Of a stretch of 64,000 bases of DNA, positions 55,573-64,000 are shown in pieces. This DNA comes from Octopus vulgaris (Eukaryota). The position numbers and the translations under genes are program-made. The notes beneath the pieces were generated by a model. The model made no database searches and was not told the origin of the DNA. It worked only from the letters and a program-made list of their open reading frames with translations. The stretch is taken from the NCBI GenBank assembly GCA_951406725.2, contig OX597823.1:31620001-31684000 (forward strand), written 5' to 3'. How positions within the stretch are numbered: the first letter of the stretch is position 1; the number at the start of each line of letters is the position of its first letter.

Positions 55573-55905
55573 CATGCCACTCCGTCGGTTACAATGACGA
55601 GGGTTCCAGTTGATCTGGAAATTGACATGCAAGTGGCTGAGCACTCCACAGATACGTACTCTTATCGTACTTCTCGAGGGGGGAAGATTCAGTGTGACAC
55701 AGAGGCTGGCCCTTTGAAATACAGGTACAACAGAAACAGGAAGAGTGAGAGAAAGTTGGGATAAAAGACCACCCCCTGCCAGACCCTCATGGAGCTTTTA
55801 GGTATTTTCGCTCAATATAAACTCACAAAGCCTGGTCTGGGAATTGAAACCGCGATCCTATGACCGCGAGTCTGCTGCCCTAACCACTGGGCTATTGCAC
55901 CTCCA
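55573..55905 (-). mobile_element. tRNA-derived SINE (group 3, body A + tail Y)
   Basis: Reverse-complement homology to 9182-9556. Confidence 0.85.
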
Positions 55906-55913
55906 CACATACA

Positions 55914-55952
<39 letters not shown>

Positions 55953-56308
55953 TGCAAAAAGTGACTATGTCCATTATACACCAATATATACACACAGGCT
56001 TCGCACTATCTATCTAATATCTAGAGAGATAAACACACTAGTTGATTTTGTAGTTATTCTCTTTGCCAAAAAAGAAAAAAGTTAAAACTAAAACTACAGC
56101 TGGATAATTAATCAGTGTTAACGAATATCTCAGCATAAGAAGCTTTCCTAAATTCTTAACTTCCACATTCCGTCCGTCTTTGTAGCAAGGGATTATTCCC
56201 ACTGTAAACTCTGCCCTTCATACAAGACAGTACCATTACTACTGCATCTCGTACAAAAACTAGTACCATCAACACTAATGCACACACACACACACATATA
56301 TATATACA

Positions 56309-56374
<66 letters not shown>

Positions 56375-56695
56375 TCTTACACAGAGAGAGCGCTTGTTTT
56401 CTCAGGAGAGGCTGACCATCCTAGTGAAAAATGATAATTGCAGAGAAAATTCTTCAACAGAACTGCCATTTATAGGCATATGGTAATACATGATAATGAT
56501 TCCTGTTTCGGTTAGGATGGGGTGGGGTCAGAGAGGGGATAGTATGTTGGGGTTTTTTTTTGCAATTTTTTTTATTATTATTTTTCTTTTCAATTTTTGT
56601 ATTAATGTTTTCTAAATTAAATATGCTGGATTAACCTCATTTTAAATACGTTTTTTAATCAAATACACATGCGCACACACACACATATATACTTT

Positions 56696-56783
<88 letters not shown>

Positions 56784-56867
56784 CTGACAAAGAATGAGTG
56801 TGTATAAGTCTCTAGATGTATGTGAATGTTGATGCCAATGAAAAAAATTTCATAAACTACTTTAATA

Positions 56868-56901
<34 letters not shown>

Positions 56902-57078
56902 ATATCAAGTACAAATGGTAAGTTAAAAAAAAAAAATTAGGCCTCATATACGTATGTGTGTATTTCTGTGCGTGTGTGCACACAAATATACATATATACG
57001 TGTTTGTGTATATATGTATATATGTGTGTATTTACATGCATGTGTGCACACAAAATATACATGTATACATGTTTGTGT

Positions 57079-57237
57079 AGGTGCTGGAGTGGCTATGTGG
57101 TAAGTAGCTTGCTTACCAACCACATGGTTCCAGGTTCAGTCCCACTGCATGGCACCTTAGGCAAATGTCTTCTACTATAGCCTTGGGCCAACCAAATCCT
57201 TGTGAGTGGATTTGGTAGACAGCAACTAAAAGCCTGT

Positions 57238-57286
<49 letters not shown>

Positions 57287-57550
57287 GTATATATATATGT
57301 ATATATATATGTATATGTATATATATATGCATGTGCATATGCTTGTGTGTCTGTTTGTACACCCGCCCCCCCAACATCACTTGACAACCGATGCTGGTGT
57401 GTTTATATCCCCGTAACTGTAGCAGTTTGGTAAAAGAGACCAATAGAATAAGTACTCGGCTTACAAAGAATAAGTCCTGAGGTCGATTTTCTCGACTAAA
57501 GGCGGTGCTCCAGCATGGCCGCAGTCAAATGACCAAAACAACCAAAAGAA
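57079..57550 (+). mobile_element. Full-length CORE-type SINE (group 1)
   Basis: Homology to 13847-14278. Confidence 0.9.
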
Positions 57551-57620
57551 TATACATACATGCATATTTTATAACCATACGTAAATATCTATCCGTCTTC
57601 TGTATGCGTGTGTGTGCAAA

Positions 57621-57670
<50 letters not shown>

Positions 57671-58404
57671 GACACAGACACACACACACAGATATATGTA
57701 AAAAATATATATCATGACTGCTTGAAATGATATTATAAAAAAGTAAAATGATTTCCCACTCCCTTTATAGTCAGCATTTTAACTAAAATAGATCTGCATG
57801 TGTGAATATATATATATACACAAAATATACATACACCATGTATTATATATATATGTGTATGTATTTTAATGTATGTGTGAAGATGTAAGAGATTATCAAT
57901 AAAAAAAAGTCGAGATGACAAATAACAAAGAAAACCATAAAAATTACTAAGATACCAAAAACACAAACACAAAACAATTAAAATGATAATTAGTAATTGA
58001 AATATCTGCCCTGCCCTGCCCTAACCACAGGACAACAGAACAACACCATTGACCCACTGCAAATAAGGCAGACCAGTTTCATGCAGACTTAACACATCTT
58101 ACCATGAGAGGAATGCAAGATAATCTAGTTAGGTCTGCAATTCGTTTATACATTTTTGGTAATATGATGAATGTACATAAATAGCATATAATGTATGCAT
58201 TATGTATATGTGTGCGTAGATGTACATGTATACACACACACGTGCACACAAATGTATGTACATAGTTTGTAGTATGTATGTATGTATAAGCATGTGTATG
58301 ATTATGGTTATGTAAAAGTGGATATAAAATAAAATGTACACAATATATGCTTTGTATGGATTTGTTTTTGTGTGTGTGTGTATATATACATACACACGCA
58401 CACT

Positions 58405-58772
58405 CATATATATGTGTAATGGTGTCCATCTGTGTGTGTTTGGGGTTACTCTAACTCCTCCCACACCGTCTAACCAATTTTAATGTTTTTTGGCACATAA
58501 GTAGATCACATGCCCTGAACTTCAAATAAGGCTGCAACTTTTCGAAAACTCAATAATGCTCAGTTGGCATTGATTTTTGTGAGCTCAATCAGGCATTTGA
58601 ATGGAAATTCCCATAACGATGTTATTTTTCCTGCAGCATTTGCACTTTTTCACGTGTAAAATTTCAACAAAATCAACAGAATAGTCTCTAAGCAAATGCT
58701 TATTCAATACAAGGTCAGAGGTAGGCTTAACTTCAACAAAGAAAACATGAGCAACACCGGGTCCAACAGCTA

Positions 58773-58773
<1 letters not shown>
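58405..58773 (+). mobile_element. Probable non-autonomous Helitron, diverged
   Basis: Ends gagcaacaccgggtccaacagCTAG then T; shares ctaactcctcccaca with the 32924-33224 element; 5' end uncertain. Confidence 0.55.
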
Positions 58774-58811
<38 letters not shown>

Positions 58812-59361
58812 CATACATATACAATGCACTTTCAGTTTCTTTACACCAAATCCACTCACAATGCTTTGATTGACCCAAGTTTATAGTACAAGAAACTTGT
58901 TCACGGTGGCAATGTAGTGGAACTGAACCCAAGACCATGTGGTTGGGAATCAAACTTCTAACCTCACCTTCCCGTCCCCACATATATGTGTATGTAATGT
59001 GTGTATCTAAAAGCTTTGAATGTGTCTGTATGACATATTCTGCAGTCAGGAACAATCAAATTCCTTCCTCACTTAATTAGCATGTGAGCGGCTGAGTACA
59101 CCATAGACATGTCCTAAATATAAATCTCAAGTATAAGTGTGACATTTTAAAAAGACTAGACCATTGAGTTACAAACTACAGTTCATTCAAAAGGCTTCTT
59201 CACAGTTTCCAACCATCCTGTGTTACTCACAAAGCTTGGGTCACATCAAAGCAAAGGTATAAAATCTTGTCCCAGATGACATAGAGTGAGATTGAACTTC
59301 ACAACAACTCAGCAATGACACACACATACACAAGCTCAATATTATAGTTATATTTTGATTT

Positions 59362-59568
59362 CAAATTTTGGCACAAGGCCAGCATTTTAGGAGGAGGGGA
59401 CAAGTTGATTAGATTAACCCCAGTGCTCAACTGGTAATTATTTTATTGACCCCGAAAGGCAATGCTGACCTCAGCGGAATTTGAACTCAGAACATAAAGA
59501 CTGACAAAATGTCACAAAATATTTTGCCTGGTGTGTAACCGATTCTGCCAGCTCACCACTCACTGCCT
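59362..59568 (-). mobile_element. Meta-like SINE (group 2)
   Basis: Reverse-complement homology to group 2; group 1 fragments flank it (58826-58975, 59588-59760). Confidence 0.85.
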
Positions 59569-60326
59569 TAATATATATATATATATATTCTGTTCTTTTA
59601 TTCTTTTACAGTCAACTGACTGTAGCCATGCTGGAGCATTGCCTTTAGTCAAACAAATCGACCTCAGGACTTATTCCTTGTAAGTCTAGTACTTATTTTA
59701 TCGGTCTCTTTTGCCAAACCACTAGCTTGGTTGGGAAGCAAGCTTGTTACCACACAGCCAAGGTGTAGGGATGGGAAACAGTAAATCCAGACTACAGGTT
59801 TCCAAGCCAACCTGAACATGCCTTATATAATTTACACAGCTCGGCTTTTCTTCAGGTTGAATTACCTGCAGTTGTAAGCCATTGTTGCAAGGAGAGAAGG
59901 CTGTGTATACATATATATATTATCTTTGTCTTTCTCTATGTGCATCTGTGTGTGCATACACACATACAGAGTAATGTTGTAGAAGTATTGCTATACACAC
60001 AAAACATCACAAAGAATATGAAAGACCTCAAATATTTACAAATATATTTCATCCTGTTAATTTCTCATAAAAGAATACTACCATACCCAGTACACACCCA
60101 CACACACACACTGCGTACGTGCACCTCCGCCCCGCCCTGCAACACCCCTATACTCTACCCAACATATAAATAGAAATCAAAAGAAATTCCGTTTTAATGT
60201 GATGTTTACAGTTTCCGTCGACTTGATTTATTCACATTTTTTCTCTCTCCAATTTTTCTGCTCTTCTACATTTATTTTTTTGGCTCCTCTATTATAAATC
60301 CTATCATTAGCAAAAGCATGATATCG

Positions 60327-60360
<34 letters not shown>

Positions 60361-60399
60361 CAATCACCACTGCCGCCACCACCACTGTCATGAATATTA

Positions 60400-61045
60400 G
60401 GCACTCGTTTAACGTTGGAGCATTGCTGACTCGCAGAATTATGTTGGACAGCTGTTTTTGTGCTTGAATCTGGATCCTGCTATCAGCCGGTGTCCATGGC
60501 GAGGATGCTCCCCACCCCATACCGCCTTCTTTTACACGGGAGGTGGCTGGGTGGAAGAGAGTATGTTAGCTTTTCTGTGTCAGGTGGCTTTGGTGAAAGA
60601 GATATTACAGCAGATGAAGATGGGAAGAACTGAAGACAGACATTTTCCTCTTCAGCCAAACCTCCATTAACTTCTTCAAGTTCCACTCAAGAAGGGAGGG
60701 AGGGATCGAGGGAGTGAAGGAGGGAAAGAGAGGGAGAGAGAAGCGCCTTCCAGTAAATTCGCTAAAAGATGGATAAAAGCGATACATATTTGGTCTGAAT
60801 GAATGGGTCTATTCTCAGAGATACCTCAGATTGGAGAATACAAAACTGAGAGCAGGGGTACAATCCTTGGCAGTAAGGGTAATCCAAGACCTGTGGGGTT
60901 TCCTGCTTGACCTCAGGAGACTCTACCCTACAAAAATCTTACACTGCATTACCTTCTTTACACTAAATTTTCATGCATATTTTTTTTCATAACCAATTTT
61001 GTAAATTATGTAATATGTTCTTGTAATGTCTCCCTCATGTCACCC
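60400..61045 (+). mobile_element. Decayed L1/Tx1-like LINE 3' end
   Basis: FLCQVALVKEI, SINFFKFHSR and SKFAKRWIK resemble L1/Tx1 ORF2 C-termini; ends in aataaaaaa. Confidence 0.45.
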
Positions 61046-61074
61046 TTGTGGCAAATAAAAAACATTATATTAGT

Positions 61075-61980
61075 ATAATGTTTAGTGTCATTTTGTCTGT
61101 CTTTAGATTCCGAGTTCAAATTTCACTGAGGCTGATTTTGCCCTTCATCCTTTAAGGGTCGATAAAATAAAGTACCAGTTAAGTACTGGGGATTGATGTA
61201 ATTGACTTCCATCCCCATCCCACTCAAAAATTACTGGCCCTGTGCTAAAATTTGAAGTCATTATTAATATTGCTCATGACAAGCCAACAGAATTGTTAAC
61301 AACATCAGGCAAAATGCTTAGCAGCATTTTGTCATTAAGTTCCAAATTCAAATTCCGCCAAAGTCGACTTTACCTTTCATCCTTTTGGGGTCAATAAATT
61401 ATGTACCAGTGAGATACTGAGGTCAATGTAATTGACTTAACCCCTCCCCTGAAATTGCTGGCCTTGTGTCAAAATTTGAAATTATTATTATTTTTATCAT
61501 TATTATTCTTATTAAAAAGGCAGCGAGCTGGCAGAATTGTTAGCACATAGGATGAAATGCTTAGTAGTATTTTGTCTGTTTTTAGGTTCTGAGTTCAAAT
61601 TCCGCCAAGGTTGACTTTGCCTTTTATCTTTTCAGGGTCGATAAATTAAGTAGCAGTTGATTGTTGGGGGTCGATGTGATTGACTGTCCCTCTCCCCACA
61701 AAATCCAGGCCTTGTACCTATGGTAAAAAGGATTATCATTATTATTATTATCATCATCATTATTATTATAAGGTGGCTAGCTGGCAGAATCATTAGCACA
61801 CTGGGCAAAATGCTTGGTGCCATTTCATCTACTGCTACGTTCTGAGTTCAAATTCCGCCAAGGTTGACTTTGCCTTTCATCCTTTCAGGGTTGATAAAAT
61901 AAATACCAGTCAAACATTGGGGTTAATGTAACTGACTTAAGCCCTCCCCCAAAATGCCTGCCCTTCTGGCAAAATATGAA
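61075..61980 (+). mobile_element. Head-to-tail array of four Meta-like SINEs (group 2)
   Basis: Units at about 61075-61260, 61280-61480, 61517-61735 and 61770-61980, separated by (ATT)n. Confidence 0.88.
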
Positions 61981-62264
61981 ACCACCATCACCATCCGTAC
62001 ATACTTGTATTTGCAGTGTAGGTGTTGACTAGTGGCAAATGAAAATATTGTCTCTTTCCGTCAGGCATGAAGTCTTCAGGCAGAATAGAGACCCAACGGT
62101 TCCCAGCAATCCAAAGTTGTCTATGATATCGGTGTGTGTTATTTTTTCATTTATATCATTTATAGACAAATATTATTATTGTGTATGTGCAGGTGGTTGT
62201 ATGCTGGATATAGTCATACATATACATGTATGTATAACATAATGTCATACAATCAGAACTATGA

Positions 62265-62315
<51 letters not shown>

Positions 62316-62448
62316 TATAGGATTATATAAAGGATATATTTATTATTATTATGTACATTTAACATTACAAACAGAACAGAACCAAATACAGAAAACTATA
62401 TTTGTATTTTTTTTTATTAACCAAGGGGATTCACTTGTCAAAGTATAA

Positions 62449-62488
<40 letters not shown>

Positions 62489-62799
62489 ACGGAGTAGATG
62501 AAACCATGGCGACTGAAGAAGGGGAATTTTCCTTGCGTTATTTGTCCGGTACTCTATTTTTTCGTTGTTTAAGAAAAATGTCCAGTTCCTTGGTTTTGTG
62601 TTTATGTTTTCGTTTCTCATTGTGTTCAACGTTTTCTTGGTGTCCTGTACCCATATATGCATGTGTATATACATGTAGATGTAGGTACATACATATATGT
62701 ATGTATATATGCATATGTTTTATTTATTAATTTGTTATTACACAACAGAACGCACGCATCCATTTCTAAGTAAGTTTGTTCTCTATATATATACATACA

Positions 62800-62961
62800 G
62801 GTGCAAGAGTGGCTGTGTGGTAAGAAGCTTGCCTCTCAACCACATGTTTCTGGGTTCAGTCCCACTGCATGGCACCTTGGGCAAGTGTCTTCTGCTATAG
62901 CCTTTGGCTGACCAAAGCCTTGTGAGTGGATTTGGTAGACGGAAACTGAAAGAAGCCTATC

Positions 62962-62998
<37 letters not shown>

Positions 62999-63200
62999 CC
63001 GGAGTAAACACATAAATGTGAAACAAGGTAGAAAACAGAGTACTCAAATACCAGTGGTAGAGTAATATGCTTTATTTAAAGCAGCAGAAAATTCAACAAA
63101 ACCTGTTACTCTGAGTTTTGCTAGCAAAAACTGTCCGATGAACGGCAATGGGAAACTCAGAGTAACAGGTTTTGTTGAGTTTTCTGCTCCTTTAAATAAA

Positions 63201-63245
<45 letters not shown>

Positions 63246-63347
63246 CACACACACACATAGATATATATACATGTATATGTTTGTGTTTGTCCCCACCACC
63301 ATCGCTTGACAACCGATGCTGGGGTGTTTATGTCCCCATAGCTTAGC
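62800..63347 (+). mobile_element. CORE-type SINE (group 1), 3' truncated, hosting a family E element
   Basis: Head and CORE at 62800-62962, resuming at 63278-63347. Confidence 0.85.
62998..63203. mobile_element. Penelope-like inverted-arm element, family E, with hammerhead-like motif at 63131-63168 (+)
   Basis: Arms 63069-63118 and 63153-63203; CUGU CCGAUGA acggcaaugg GAAA CUCAGAG UA ACAG; inserted in (TA)n; related pieces at 23401-23547 and 52225-52345. Confidence 0.7.
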
Positions 63348-63528
63348 AGAGGGGAAACTGATTCCATCAACCCCAGCAGTACATACTTGGCTGGTACTTT
63401 ATTTTATTATCCCTAAAATGATGGAAAGCAAAGTTAATTTCAGTCCAATACTCTAATGATTCTATCAGTGCACCCACCATAATAATGATAATAATGGTAA
63501 TAATAAATAATGATGATGATGATGATAA

Positions 63529-63743
63529 TCCTTTCTACTATAGGCAGAAGGACTGAAATTTATGGAGAGAGGGTAAGTCGATAACATTGACCCCAGTATG
63601 CAACTGGTACTTAATTTATCAACCTCGAAAGGATGAGAGGCAAAGTCAACCTCGGCAGAATTTGAACCCACAACATGATGACAGTTGAAATACTGCTAAA
63701 TATTTCGCCCGGTGTGCTAACGATTCTGCCAGCTCACCACCTT
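63529..63743 (-). mobile_element. Meta-like SINE (group 2)
   Basis: Reverse-complement homology to group 2. Confidence 0.88.
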
Positions 63744-64000
63744 AATAATAATAAGAAGAAGAAGAATAACAACAACAACAACAGCAACAAGCAGTTGTAA
63801 TTAGTGAAAGAAGCAAAATGACTAGTCCTGTGCTTGCGTGTGTATGTATGCATGCATGAGTGCATGCGTGTGCTTATATGTAAGAACATATATTGATGTG
63901 TGTGTGAGCGTATGTGTGTATGCTGAGTCAACAGAAACCGAGGTTTTATATTTATCAATGATGGCAAAAGGTCAGATATAGACATACAGTGGTTCTGTTG

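Noticed and set aside
60424-60435. Half-MARE TGCTGACTCGCA
   Set aside because: Imperfect and located within a probable decayed LINE.
62485-62770. Hammerhead in family K (CTGAAGA at about 62513; CTGACGA on the minus strand at about 14872)
   Set aside because: Could not build a convincing stem I and stem III around a GAAA; kept only as an inverted-arm repeat family.

Overview
AT-rich, microsatellite-saturated animal genomic DNA. The SINE/LINE repertoire is most consistent with an octopus/coleoid cephalopod (inference, not checked). Only one convincing host coding sequence is present: the terminal coding exon of a small-Maf (MafF/G/K-type) bZIP gene on the minus strand (41518-41931). Its upstream exons are unresolved. 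Nearly all other ORFs in the track are translations of (TA)n/(CA)n/(CATA)n/(GATA)n tracts. The rest is repeat-derived: three tRNA-headed SINE groups, decayed LINEs (R4/Dong-like, RTE-like, CR1-like, L1/Tx1-like), non-autonomous Helitrons, and Merlin-, piggyBac- and foldback-like MITEs. The most striking unexplained signal is a swarm of short elements from at least seven unrelated sequence families. Each carries a minimal type-I hammerhead-ribozyme motif (stem I-CUGANGA-stem II-GAAA-short or palindromic stem III-UH-stem I). Most sit in (TA)n tracts, and many are inverted arm pairs typical of Penelope-like retroelement insertions. One copy (22560-22940) has a tRNA-derived Pol III head fused to the hammerhead-bearing tail, suggesting a SINE mobilised by Penelope-like elements. 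All coordinates and RNA folds were read by eye, and repeat boundaries are approximate.
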